Assembly (NCBI RefSeq): GCF_006345805.1
Contig: NC_043018.1
Span: 26,226,001 to 26,290,000 of the forward strand
Direction: 5' to 3'
Origin: Octopus sinensis
Taxonomy: Eukaryota
Length of the DNA: 64,000 nt
Below, piece after piece: positions 13,777-26,611 of this stretch (position 1 is the stretch's first letter; each line of letters starts with the position of its first letter). The notes beneath the pieces were generated by a model. It was not told the DNA's origin and searched no databases. It saw only the letters and a list, made by a program, of their open reading frames with translations. The position numbers were made by a program, and so were the translations under genes.

Positions 13777-14042
13777 TAAAACTGGTGGTTAGTAGCACTT
13801 TTCAGCAGAGCTAAATACTAATTGTTAGTGTAATAATTATAACAATAATAGTAAAATTGATTTCTGATTTAGGGAAAAAAAGGCCATCGGTTTTGAGGCA
13901 AGAGCTTATTCAAGTATTTTGACTCCAATATGTCATAAAATAAAGTACCAGTCAAGCATTGGGGTTGATGATATGAACTACTTACCTTCCCCTCAAAATT
14001 GATGGCCGAGTACCAAAGTAAGAAATAATAATAATAATAATA

Positions 14043-14073
<31 letters not shown>

Positions 14074-14074
<1 letters not shown>

Positions 14075-14885
14075 GATGGTCAGCTGGTAGTGCTGTTAGC
14101 ATGTTAGACAAAAATGTTTAGCGGCATTTCATCTGCTTTTATGTTCTGCATTTAAATTCTACCAACTTTGCCTTTCAACCTTTTGGGGTTGATGAAATAT
14201 GTACCAGTGGTGTACTGGGGTAAGTTTAATTGATTAGCACACTTCCCCAAAATTCTATTCCTTATACCTTTAGTAGAAAGGATCATCATCATCATTATAG
14301 ACATTGCACAATATGCAATATCATGAGGTTTTTGATTTAAGATATTGTGTTTATCGGGGGGCGGGGTGTACTGTTTGTCCCCCTCCCCAAGAATTCTGGG
14401 TCTTGTGCTTAGAGTAGAAAAGAATAATGTCTGGTCTCTGATCATCAATCACTGAGTTACATTGGATTGCAAAATCCCATAAGATCTTATCCACATTACT
14501 CTCAATGACACCTTCTGGTTTATGTTCATACATTCTGTGTTCAAATTCCCCCAAGCAAGACTTTACCTTTTATTCTTTTGTGGGGGTCAATAAAATAAGT
14601 ACCAGTTGAATACTTGGGTCAATGTAATTAAATAGCCCTCAACCTTGCAAAATTTCAGGCCTTGTGCCTTTAGTAGAAAGGATTACCACTGTTATTAAAA
14701 GGCAGTGAGCTGGCAGAATCATTAGCATTACATTCTGAGTTCAAATTCTGCCATGGTCAACTTGGCCTTTCATCCTTTTGGGGTCAGTAAATTAACTACC
14801 AATGAAATACTGGGATTAATGTTATCGACTAGTCCCCTCCCCCAAAATTTCAGGCATTGCACTTTAGTAGAAAGGATTATTACTA
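14074..14885 (+). mobile_element. Two diverged copies of SINE family A (gagctggcag...ttctgagttcaaattc...tagtagaaagg) at ~14074-14280 and ~14700-14880
   Basis: Shared motifs ttctgagttcaaattc, ttgcctttcatcc, aagtaccagt with many other copies in the window. Confidence 0.75.
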
Positions 14886-14892
14886 CTACAAC

Positions 14893-14932
<40 letters not shown>

Positions 14933-15294
14933 TGTTCTGTAGTTTCTTTTTTGAAAATTGATAGATTTGGTCATTGATTTTTATCTCTGCATGACCTCGG
15001 CTGATATTTTTGTTTTTTCAAAACATCTAGTCTGTGGCTTTCAAACAAGGAATTATGCTAATTTCTATGAAAACATCTTGAATTTTAATAAGAATGAAAA
15101 ATGAAAAAATTTTTTTTATATCGACAATGTATTTCAATTTAATATTTCATCACGATGCCAATATATTTTCTTAATCTCCATCTAATATTGATTTTGATTT
15201 CATTATAAAACTAGCATAAACCAACCAGTTGGTAGCATTTGTAGGTTTTTTTCCCTTTTTTTATGTTTTGTTTTAGTTCAAGCAGTATCTTCTA

Positions 15295-15660
15295 TCTTTT
15301 ACTTGTTTTAGTCATTGGACAGCGGCCATAATGGGGCAACACTTGAAGGGTTTAAGTGAACAAATCAACCCCAGTACTTATGTTTTTAAACTTATTGTAT
15401 TGCTGTCATTTTGCTGAGGTACTAAGTTACAGGGATGTAAACACACCAACACCATTTGTCAAACAGTTCTAGGTGACAGACACTCTCTCTCTCTCTCACA
15501 CACACACACATAAAGGGCTTCTTTCTACCAAATCTGCTCACAAAGCTTTGGTTGGTCCAGGGCTACAGTATAAGACACTTGCCCAAGGTGCCACAGTGTG
15601 GGACTGAACCCGGAACCATGTGGTTGAGAAGCTAACTTCTGGCCACACGAACACACATAG
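15295..15660 (-). mobile_element. tRNA-derived SINE family C with internal microsatellite
   Basis: Same architecture as 24190-24645 (ttacttgtttcagtcatt ... acttgcccaaggtgccac ... gggactgaaccc). Confidence 0.8.
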
Positions 15661-16938
15661 TGCATTTCTTTTCTATTAACTGTTTTCTTTGAATCATCAA
15701 AAGAACTCATTTTTCTGAAAGACGGAACCCCACCCACCCTAACCACCCCCAATCGCTTAAGTATTGAAATTAACTTTTCTATATGAAATTTATTCCTAAT
15801 TTCTTGGAATTTCTCCCCTTTCTGTCAAGAACTTTGAGCCAGTAGATTTAATGTGTAACCCACCTTAATACTACCTCATGGCACTCTTGGTGCCTCTAGT
15901 GGAGTCAGCTCTATTACAAACATTTGGGTGAAGTATCTGGTTTGAAGATATCCCTCCCCACCTTTCCCACTAGTCCACCACTTGTTGGTTTGCATACTTG
16001 ACTTAGTAATAAATATTGAAGTTGATCTGTTTGACTAGAGCTCCTCGAAGCAGTGCCCCAGCATGTCCACAGCTATGTAGCTGAAACAAGTAAAAGACAA
16101 ATAATAAAAACAATATAGAATTAAACACACAGAAATATAACTCAATGTACTTGATTATAATTAGCCAAGCAACCACTACACTCTCGGAGTGGTTGGCATT
16201 AGGAATGGCATCCAGCTGTAGAGACTTTGCCAGATCAGATTGAGCCTGGTGCAGCCTCTGGCTCACCAGTCCTCAGTGAAACTGTCCAACCCATGCCAGC
16301 ATGGAAAGCGGACGTTAAACGATGATGATGATGAGATGATGATCACAATTTCTCACAGAAACCCTTAGGTTCTGAGGTACTTTGGTTGGGAAGTGATGTG
16401 TTATGGAGTAAATAATAATAGATTAATAGTATAATGTATATATTGAGCTTGTAGAATATTAAAAAATATATTTTAACTAATCTTTAGACAACATTAAAAG
16501 ATTATTTAAAAATCCTCTCTAAATAAGGTTGTAAACTGGCAGGAATGTTAGCACACCGGGTGAAATGCTTAGTGGTATTTCATCTATCTTTACATTCCGA
16601 GTTCAAATTCTGCTGAAGTCCAGTTTATCCTTCATCCTTTTGCATCCCTCAGGATTTTGCAATCTTCATTCTCAATAACTCCCTCTAGGATTTGGTCGTA
16701 GCACATCATCGTCATCATTATTTTTATCATTAATATCATTTATCATTTTATCATGAATATTATTTTTATCATTATCACACAAGCTTTACTGATTATGAGT
16801 GCATAAATGAAAATATAAAAAACTTTTTCCAGTTTGAGTTTTAAAAAAAATATCTGTAATATCATTGATGTCAAGTATTATATAAAATACATCTTTTAAC
16901 CTTTTAATGACTATTTTTTTTCTTTTATTTTTCTACAG

Positions 16939-16947
16939 GTTATGAAG
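16939..16947 (+). CDS. unc-13: unc-13 9-nt microexon (G)YE(D), phase 1-1
   Basis: tttttttcttttatttttctacag|GTTATGAAG|gtaagt: near-consensus acceptor and donor. In frame with the 26236 exon; resembles the GYDE segment after C2A in nematode UNC-13L (from memory). Confidence 0.75.
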
Positions 16948-17008
16948 GTAAGTTTCCTTTAAAAATTTTTTTTTTAATTTTATTCATTTATTTATTTATT
17001 CATTATTA

Positions 17009-17042
<34 letters not shown>

Positions 17043-18794
17043 CATTATTATTATTATTATGCCAAGGTTGACTTTGCCTTTCATCCTCTTGTGGTCAATA
17101 AAATAAGTACAAATTGACCCCAGTGATCAACTGGTACTTATTTTTATAAGATAAAATTCAGATGTAATTTCGATTGATAAATGCCTTATACATTATATGA
17201 ATGAAGTTTGTCCTCAAATAACAACAAGCAACAAAACTTCTTAGTGTTTTTGATAGAATAGCTTAACTGTGAGCTTGGCTGTATAGTTAAAAATCTTTCT
17301 CACAACTACATGGTCTCCTGTTCAATCCCATTGCACAGTACTTTGAGCTAGACTCTTCTGCAACATCCCTGGGCTGACCAATGCCTTGTGAGTGAGTTTG
17401 GTTGGCAGAACGTCCAATTGTGTCGAAGCTTGTCATGTGTATATACATACATAGTTCAGGTGTAGGATTTGTTAGAATCTAGGTATATTAACATGTAAGG
17501 TGTCAGGATTGGCTGGGTATTGAAACTACAGATTGAGGCAACTTACAGCTGTCATTTGTTGTTAGTTCACCATAAGTATGTGTGTGTGTTTATGTATATA
17601 TATATGTACACATGCACTTCTCTCTATATATAAATATATATATATACACATAAACAGATATATGTATGTATGTACATATAGGTATTCAATCCAATATAAA
17701 CTGTAGATCCATCAGGGAAGGTTCCGAGTGTAGTGTGTCTAAAGAAGTATACATAAGTGGGGTTTAAATCCCACTTGTGTTCTTTGTGTGTGTGTGTGTG
17801 TGTACACAGATATCACTGTATCAACCAGACTATCAAATGTGATTTTAAACCACTGGTCACAATGCACTTCCTCACATTGGGGTAGCTTTTGGATGATGTT
17901 CTCCTATTGGCTAGGTGGCAGGCCAAAAATTCTCCAGAATGGAATGCCGGTCTGTCACATGGTTACCCATTTACAGCAGAGGTTGGAGCAATGTGAAATG
18001 AAGTGTTTTGAACACAGCACACTTCTGGGTCTGGGAATCAACACCACAATGTTGCTGTTGTGAGAGCAACATCTTAACCACCAGGCCATGTGAAAGTGCA
18101 TTGGCTTGGTTAGGGTTAGGGTGTGTGCGTGAGTATGTGTGTTTTTGTGTTTGTATTTGTCTTCCCCATCACAGCTTGACGACCAATGTTGGTGTGTTTA
18201 CATCCCCCATAATTCAGCAGGCAGCAGTTTAGCAATAGAAACCGATAGAATAAGCAAGAAACTTTAGCAACAATGGATACTGGGGTTTGATTTGTTTGGC
18301 TAAACTCATCAAGGCAGTACTCCAGCATGGCCAGAATCCAGTGACTGAAGCAAGTAAAAGATAACAGCCAAAATATTTCCCAAAGGGTTTCGGGCCCTTC
18401 ACCTCCATGCCAAAACAGTTACCTTCGAGTTGCATCATCTGACATTGTCTTCGCCATTTAGCTAACCAAGTTCTTCCTAATCCGGAATTCCCTGCAGATT
18501 TTTACAACTGACAGGACAGAATCCTAAACCATCCATTACATCAATGCTTGCTCCAAGAATCCACCGATCTACGTGATGTTAGGCTTATCAGCTCCTAGAA
18601 ATATGTTGTGTAATAATTTTAATGTTCTCCTAGCAATGTACAGAGTAACCTTTTCTGTGGAAAAATGTTTTCACTTAAATCTGAGGTCATTCGTTTGCAA
18701 CCATGTATGTTGGTTCTTATTTCTTTTAAAGTAAATTGATGGTTATCTCTTATTTGACATTAACCTCAGCTGCTGTTGTTGCCATGACTAGTAA

Positions 18795-19375
18795 AAATAA
18801 CTAAAACCAGCTTCTTTACTGTTAGTATACTTAGTTAAGGTGACTATAACCAGCTTGTTCCTCACTGATGTAACCATTGCAGATAACTATTAAGTGCTTC
18901 ATTGCTATTACTATATTAAGTTAAGATAACTATAACCAGCTTTTTTATAATTAGTATATTTAGTTAAGATAACTATAAATAGCCTGTTTCTTGTTAATCC
19001 AACCAGTAATGATAACTGTAACCAGTTTCTTTATTATTACAATATTTAGTTAAGATAATTATAACCAACCTCCTTACTATTGATACAATCAGTAATTAGG
19101 ATTATAGCCAGTTTCTTTACTATTACAATATTTGGTTTAGGTATCTATAACCAGCCTGTTTGCTGTTGACACAACCAGTAATGATAATTATAACAAGCTT
19201 TGTTACTGTCACTCTATTATACTTGAGATAACTATAACCAGCTTCTTTGCTATCGATGTTACCTTTGAAGACCGTATTAACTAAATTCTTTATGGTCTCT
19301 GTATTTGGTTAAGATAACTATAACAAGCCTGTTTGCTGCTAATGTAGCCACTGGCGATAACATTAACCAGTATCT
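18795..19375 (+). repeat. Degenerate ~43-bp minisatellite (about 13-14 units)
   Basis: Anchor gataactataaccagc recurs at ~43-nt intervals. Confidence 0.8.
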
Positions 19376-19829
19376 TTGCCACTGAGATAAAGTAGCAAAA
19401 TTAAAAATGCCCAGAAAACTGACCATTGCCAGATTTAAATCGAGACCAGAAGGCTTGCTGATTATCCAGTTAGTCCGGTGCTACACTAATGAGCTTTCCC
19501 TCCTTTGCTCTTTAATTTCAGCTCGTTAGCTTAATGTTTGAAGTGCCCCAGTCAATAACCAAACTTGCAGCGTTGGTGACTGCGATAGATTTCAGGCTTT
19601 CTCTCTAATCTACCATTATGGAGTTTTAATAATGTTACAGATTTCATATTCTGGACAAAGCCGTCTCTATACAGTGCTAAGTTCTGAGATTGATACAGAA
19701 ATACAAAAAGACAGGATGGCCACCGCTGGAAAGCCTTTGATCTGATGGTCATGGTTGGAACACCGTAGGCACTGGTCAGCCCCTTATTGATCGCTGGTCT
19801 TATCAATCAGATTTAACCAGATCCTAAAC

Positions 19830-20034
19830 CACTACTACTACTACTACTACCATTACCCCAGCCATCACTATGACCACCACATCACCACCAACACCATCAC
19901 TACTACTACTACTACCACTACTACCACCACCACCACACTACTACTACTACTACTACTACTACTATTACTACTACTACCATTACCCCAACCATCACTATGA
20001 CTATGACCACCACATCACCACTGACAACATCACC

Positions 20035-20072
<38 letters not shown>

Positions 20073-20105
20073 CACCACCACCACCACTACTACTACTACT
20101 ACTAC
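19830..20105. repeat. (ACT)n/(ACC)n trinucleotide microsatellite
   Basis: Direct inspection. Confidence 0.95.
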
Positions 20106-20384
20106 AAATTTTGGCTTCAAAAGAAGTTTCAAAGCATTTTCAAAATTTATAGCCTGAATATTTCTGAGTTGTAGTTGCTTGGCAATTGACCAGCTCATAG
20201 ATGTGAGACAAAAGATTTTCTTGTTTTATAGTATACAATACTGTACAAAGCTACCAAGAAATAAAACAGTGAAACTAACTGTCTAATGGTACATGTGATG
20301 TGTGTGATGTAATGTGTGTGTGTGTATATACATATACATATATGTGTGTGTATGTGTGTGTGATGTGATATGTATGTATGTGTG

Positions 20385-21210
20385 TGTCATCGTTTAAAGT
20401 CTGTTTTCCATGCTGGCATGGGTTGGACGATTTGACGGGAGACTGGAAGCCAGGCTCCAATCTCATGTGGCCAAGCTTCTACAGCTGGATGCCCTTCCTA
20501 ATGCCAACCACTCCGAGAGTGTAGTGGGTGCTTTTTATGTGCCACCGGAACGGGAGCCAGTCAGGTGGCACTGGCATCGGGCATGTTTGGATGGTGCTTT
20601 TTACACGCTACTTGCACAGGAGCCAGTCGGGGCAGGAGTGGTGGGGGTAGGGTTAGCCTCAACCATGTTTGGATGGTGCTTTTTATGTGCCACTTGCACG
20701 GGGAGCAAGTCAGGTGGCACTGGCATCAGCCAAGTTTGAATGGTGCTTTTTACATGCTACTTGCACAGGAGCCAGTCGGGATGGTGTGGGGTTGGCATCA
20801 ACCATGTTTGGATGGAGCTTTTTATGTGTCACTGGCACGGGGAGCAAGTCAGTGGCACTGGCATCGGCCAAGTTTGAATGGTGCTTTTTACGTGCTACTT
20901 GCACAGGAGCCAGTCGGGATAGGGTGGGGTTGGCATCAACCATGTTTGGATGGAGCTTTTTATGTGTCACTGGCACGGGGAGCAGGTCAGGTGGCACTCA
21001 CATCATCCACAACTACAGTTTCCATTTGATTGTGATATGATTTTTAATTTTGATTCTACTCGACTCAGCAGGTCTCCTAAAGCACGGCATGTCACCTGAC
21101 GATTCAAAGGTACTTTTTAAATGGGATGGTTATGTGACACTGGTATAAGCTGCAGCTGTGATCTCACTTTATTTGCTGGTGTCTTCTCAATAACAGCATA
21201 TCTCCAGAGG
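20385..21210 (-). mobile_element. Retroposon family B with about seven internal ~65-bp tandem units
   Basis: catcgtttaa...gctggatgcccttcctaatgccaacc then repeated ggatggtgcttttta...ggagccagtc units; same family at 29300, 43345 and 59445. Confidence 0.85.
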
Positions 21211-21337
21211 TCTTTTGTCATCCAGCTGTAGAAACACTGCCAGATCAGACTGGTGCAGCCTCCTGGCTTCCCAGACCCCGGTCAAACCGTCCAACCCATG
21301 CTAGCATGGAAAAACGGACGTGAAACAATGATGATGA

Positions 21338-21381
<44 letters not shown>

Positions 21382-21456
21382 TTACTTGATTCAGTCATTG
21401 GGCTGTGGTGGCCATACCGAAGGATTTAATCAAACAAATTGACTCCTAGTACTTGT

Positions 21457-21490
<34 letters not shown>

Positions 21491-23658
21491 CCACCATCAT
21501 CATCATCATTTAATCTCCATTTTCCATACTGGCATGGGTTGGACGGTTTGACTGAAAACTGGTAAGTCTGGGAGCTGCACCAGGTTCCGATCTGATTTTG
21601 CAAGATTTTTGTTGCTGGATGCCCTTCCTAATGCCAACCACTCTGAGAGTGTTGTGGGCGTTTTTTGCATGCCTCCAGCATGGGTGCCCTTATATGTGTG
21701 TGAGTGTGTGTGTGTGTGTGTGTAACAATCACTTTTGTGAATTACATCTGCAGAAGTGGGTGTATTACATGTGTGTATGTTTTCTTTAAATGGCTGTAAT
21801 GACGTTTCCACGATGTAACTGTAACCGGAATAGTTTGATACAAACTCTCTTTTGTCAACAATGGCAGTGGATTTTACATTTGTGTGTGTGTGTTTTGGCC
21901 ATTGAATATTGTTTCACTCTTCGACTGGGATCAAGTTACAAAAGAACATTCGTTTACTATATCCAAGATAATTATTACTAATAGACCAACATTACTTTTT
22001 CGTCTAAAAATAATTAGAACATATGCTAATGCAAGTCACGAATATGAGAAATCAATAATGTACATTGCAAGTATTAGATGTAAGATTAAGAAAATACTTT
22101 TGTCTGACTTGAAATTCAGAGGAGAAACGCTCGGTTGAAATATCGTCTCTTTTCATAAAATGACATCACTGGACTTACACTTTGGTTTAGCCTTCTGAAG
22201 CTCTGATGCCATTCAGTCTTCTAACTACTTTTGTAATTATTTTTTAATTTTTTTTATTTATCTATTTCTTTCATTATACGAGTATTTTGTTTCCCTACTT
22301 CTCTTCTCATTTATCCCATTGTTTCTAGTCATGTGACTGTCTTCACTTTTATCTCATTCTTTAGTTAATATCTATAAAAAGACACGTTGCCGTTTTGTTG
22401 TTCCTAAAACATATATAAGTTAGTAAGGAAAACAGCTTCATTATCTCAGATTTAATACGGTTCTTTGGAAAATGATTCATTGCTATGCTTTAGTTAATAT
22501 AAAGAAATATAAATACTTTCTTTGTATATTGGAAAAATCAAATTCTCTTGATTAGTTCTTAGAAATTGTCATGATCATTAGTTTTACTATCAAATTTTGT
22601 CATCCATTTAGAATTTATGGAGGATTTTCTTTTTAAGAAGCAAGCGTTGGATTAAAACAGATTTTTGGTTAAAAGAAGAACATTCCTTTCATATAGTTCT
22701 TATCTTTATTTATTTATTTCCTTATTATTATTTTTGCAGTTTTTTTTTTTTTAATGTGACATGTCCATTGAGAATTAAAATACTATTTAACTATATTATC
22801 TCAGTGAAATTTCTTTGATGTTTCAAATGGAAGAGGAAAATTCTGAACATGATAAGGAAGCTGAAAAATATCAGACATCTCACCTTCCATAAGAAAGAAT
22901 TACAAACAAAGAATTAGTATTTTTTGAAACGACATAGAATTTCATTTCATTTCTCTTTCTCAGAAAGTGGGGCGTGGGGGAAGAAAAAAAGATGAAAATA
23001 TTGCAATATAGATATCATTAAAGCTTTGTAATCTGTCAATGATTAAATATATGAATAATTTACTTAATTGAAGGAAAGAATTAAAGCTTATAATTTCATT
23101 ATATTTTCCTTGCTAGATTTAAAGAAAAAAAGCTGCACAATGAACAATTCTTATAATGTTTGATGGTGATGGTGGTGGTAGAGAACTGTCAGAGACAGTT
23201 GAAATGCAACACATATTAATCGTACTTTTATTTTAAGTTTCTATATATATATAAATAAATATATATATATGTAGAGAGAGAGAGGGGTTGGGGTTTGATG
23301 GCTGATGCCAGCAGGCAAAATAGGGTTGAACAGGCAAGCTAAAGTAGAACACCTTTTATTTTCTATTATTTATTTCTTCTTGTGGTTGCACTTATCAAAA
23401 ACTCTTAGTTCTAAAATCACTTATATAGCTCTACAGCCAAATAATACATATATACATACTTACACGCACGCATACAAACATACAGATGTGTGTGAGTGTA
23501 TGTGTATATGTGTGTGTGTGTTTATGGCAGGGTCAGAGCCATGTTGTTAAAAAGTTCTCTTTGCAATCACATCAGGGCATCTTGAGCAAATGTTTTCTTC
23601 TGTTGCCTAGGATGAACCAATACATCGTGATTGACATTTGAGAAATGGAAATTCTACG

Positions 23659-23689
<31 letters not shown>

Positions 23690-24189
23690 CAGTTCAAAGA
23701 TTTGAAGATGTGTGTGTGTGTGTGTGTGTGTAGAGCTGTTCAAAGATTTGAAGATGTGTGTGTGTAGAGCAGTTCAAAGATTTGAAGATGTGTGTGTTGT
23801 GTCTAAGGAAACTCATTATGCCAGTATTATTAACACAAGTACCAGTTCAGTTCCATTCCTTTATTATTAGTGAGTAGGCTAAATATCCAACTTACTAATT
23901 GACTAACTAACTAGACAACACAAAATTTGTTTCAATATACAAGTTCACATAAAGAATCTTGCAAACCAGATACAAAAACTATACAGATATAGATATATAG
24001 AAACAAGGAGAGAGAGAGAGGAGGTAGGGCTTAAATAATTTATTTAAACCTCTGAAATTATAATAAATTTTCAAACATGTGGCCTTCGTTAAATATATAA
24101 ACTTTTACAGTATCTTTGCTGATGTTTAGATATTTTACTAAACACTGTTGAAGGATCTACACACATACTTACACATGTATACGTATACT

Positions 24190-24412
24190 CTCCTTACTCT
24201 TTTACTTGTTTCAGTCATTTGACTGCGGCCATACTGGAGCACCACCTTTAATTGAGCAACTCGACCCCGGGACTTATTCTTTTTGTAAGCCCAGTACTTA
24301 TTCTATCGGTTTCTTTTGCTGAACCGCTAAGTAATGGGGACATAAACACACCAGCATCAGTTATCAAGCAATGCTAGGGGACAAACACAGACACACAAAC
24401 ACACACACGCAC

Positions 24413-24484
<72 letters not shown>

Positions 24485-24645
24485 TACGACAGGCTTCTTT
24501 CAGTTTCCGTCTACCAAATCCACTCACAAGGCTTTGGTTGGCCTGAGGCTTTAGTAGAAGACGCTTACCCAAGGTGCCATGCAGTGGGACTGAACCCAGA
24601 ACCATGTGGTTGGTATACAAGCTACTTACCACACAGCCACTCCTG
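24190..24645 (-). mobile_element. Full-length tRNA-derived SINE family C with (AT)n insert
   Basis: Reverse complement of the 3' end gives caggagtggctgtgtggtaagtagc...gggttcagtccc (A/B-box-like head). Confidence 0.85.
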
Positions 24646-25789
24646 ATTATGTACATAATCAGATAGCACAATTTCTGCTTACCAAGCTCTTCTTATAAGG
24701 CATTGGTAAAAAAAAAGACACTTTTCCAAACTGCCACATAGTCATATTAAACCCCAAACTAAAATTCTTCACCCCAACTACTTCAGCTGCAAAGATGTTT
24801 TTATGTCTAAAGAAGAACTTAAATTTATTGTTTCTTTTTGTGGTTGAAATTTGATAATTCCTTATAAAATACTCCATTTACCTCTAAATAATTTAGTGTA
24901 GAACTCTCTTTTAACTGTCCAAGGTGCACTTTACTTAATTAATTTATTCCCTACCTGTTTCTGACATTTAAAAATAAAGTTTAGGATCTTTTCGGTTTGA
25001 ACAGCAGTTTTTTAAAATAATTTCCACGTAACTAAACACTTTTAAACTTCATATACTGGTAGAATGTGTTTATAAAACATCTTTTTCTCTTGGCTTTATT
25101 GAGAAAATTCTATAGTTTGTAAGATATTTGTTGTTTATTTTCTTCACTTTCTGCAATTTCAACCAATCAATGACATCTATTGGGGTGAAAACATTCTGTG
25201 CCGTATGAATATGTCCCTCGTTTAAGAAACAGATTGGGTTTATTTACATTTCTGAAGAAAAAAGATACCCTTCCCCCACCCCTAACCCTAACCATAAAAC
25301 AGATTGAAATACAATAGATCGATACTAGGGTCATAATTATGGGTGACAATTTCATATGACACAGCTAGAAAAAACTGCCGTTCAAACTGAAAAGATTCAA
25401 ATTTTATAGTAACACTTTTAATTTTTATGTTTTATTTCACTGTATTTATTAAATCTTTATTATGATATATTTTGCCTTTTAAAATCCCAGCAAGCTGGGG
25501 GTTATTTTTTTCCATTTTTTTTTCATTTAGTATCATAGTTGTTGTTTTAACTCTTTGGCATTTAAACCAAGCTTTTCCAGCCAGCCTAAATATTCTGACC
25601 TCTCACACCAAATTTACAACATCATTCTAAAAGTAATCGCATCATTAAAATCTCAGAGTTAATTGATAATGAATTCGAAACAAAGGAAATGCATAAGCAT
25701 TGTATTTGACTGAGAAATCCAAGTGCTAAAGGGTTAAACATGATAGCGTATGTTGTTTGTCGATATTTCAAAATGTGGATGATCAGCAG

Positions 25790-25882
25790 AGATACTGTAA
25801 ATCCTCGAGTATAATCTGCATTTTCTTCCTAAAATTTAAAGGTCAAAATCCCTAGTGCATACTATATACGAGGTTAAAAATG
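25790..25882. mobile_element. Tc/mariner (Tc2/pogo-like) terminal inverted repeat remnant
   Basis: tactgtaaatcctcgagtataatctgca ... tgcatactatatacgagg resembles TACCGTA...CTCGAGTATAA TIR consensus (from memory). Confidence 0.4.
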
Positions 25883-26235
25883 AAAAATATTTTCTAAGCA
25901 ATGTCTAAGTCTCTATTTGCTGTCCGGCAATGTTTATTCAGACGCATTTTGTGATGTCGGGCACGAAAATACATTAAGCTAAGCCTAAAAGCAATGAAGT
26001 CATAAAAGAATCATCCATAACTTGCAGTAAGCAACATTTATTAAAATAAAAGTATTCAGAACACAGAATAACATGTAATGAAAACAATTTGCAATCATAT
26101 TTACATTCCCATATAACAGTTAAGAACATTACCATTATTGTATTATGTGCGGAAGTGTTTGTTCGATTATTATTATCGTTATTGTTATAATTATTATTAT
26201 TATTAATAATGTGAAAATATTTGTAATATTTCTAG

Positions 26236-26315
26236 ATCTTCCCGAAGTTGAAGCTGCTGAGCTGCAAAGCAAGCTTGATGTCCTTAATTCCATTATGGAC
26301 CAAGAGCTTAATCAG
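26236..26315 (+). CDS. unc-13: unc-13 exon DLPEVEAAELQSKLDVLNSIMDQELNQ (post-C2A helix), phase 1-0
   Basis: atttctag|ATCTTCCC...AATCAG|gtattt; 80 nt; GC-richer than flanks; similar to the Munc13 post-C2A segment. Confidence 0.9.
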
Positions 26316-26452
26316 GTATTTCTCATTACTTTTTAACATTCAAACAATGCAACACTTGAGATCTGCTTGTAAATAAACGTTCTTCAGAAGTCGATAACTA
26401 TTAAAATTCATATTGTGTTTCTGTTTGTTTTTTTTCCTTTTCCCTCTTTCAG

Positions 26453-26611
26453 TTTACATTTAATAAATGTTTGTCTAAAAATGATATTAAATTATATGAA
26501 GAGCATTTAGCCATAATTTCTAGTAGGTTTGAAATATTTTCAGCGAATCCAGCAAATCTCAAATGTTATGAAAATAATATTGACATAAATAATCTGGTTA
26601 GAAAATTGTAG
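26453..26611 (+). CDS. Candidate alternative terminal exon (52 aa then TAG)
   Basis: Strong acceptor gtttttttttccttttccctctttcag 137 nt after the 26315 donor; phase-0 frame open for 52 codons; AATAAA at 26680. No homology support. Confidence 0.35.
   Translation, partial: FTFNKCLSKNDIKLYEEHLAIISSRFEIFSANPANLKCYENNIDINNLVRKL

Noticed and set aside
20520-21000. Regularly spaced ~65-bp repeats resembling a CRISPR array
   Set aside because: Eukaryotic intron; the intervening segments are homologous rather than unique spacers; part of a dispersed retroposon; no cas genes.
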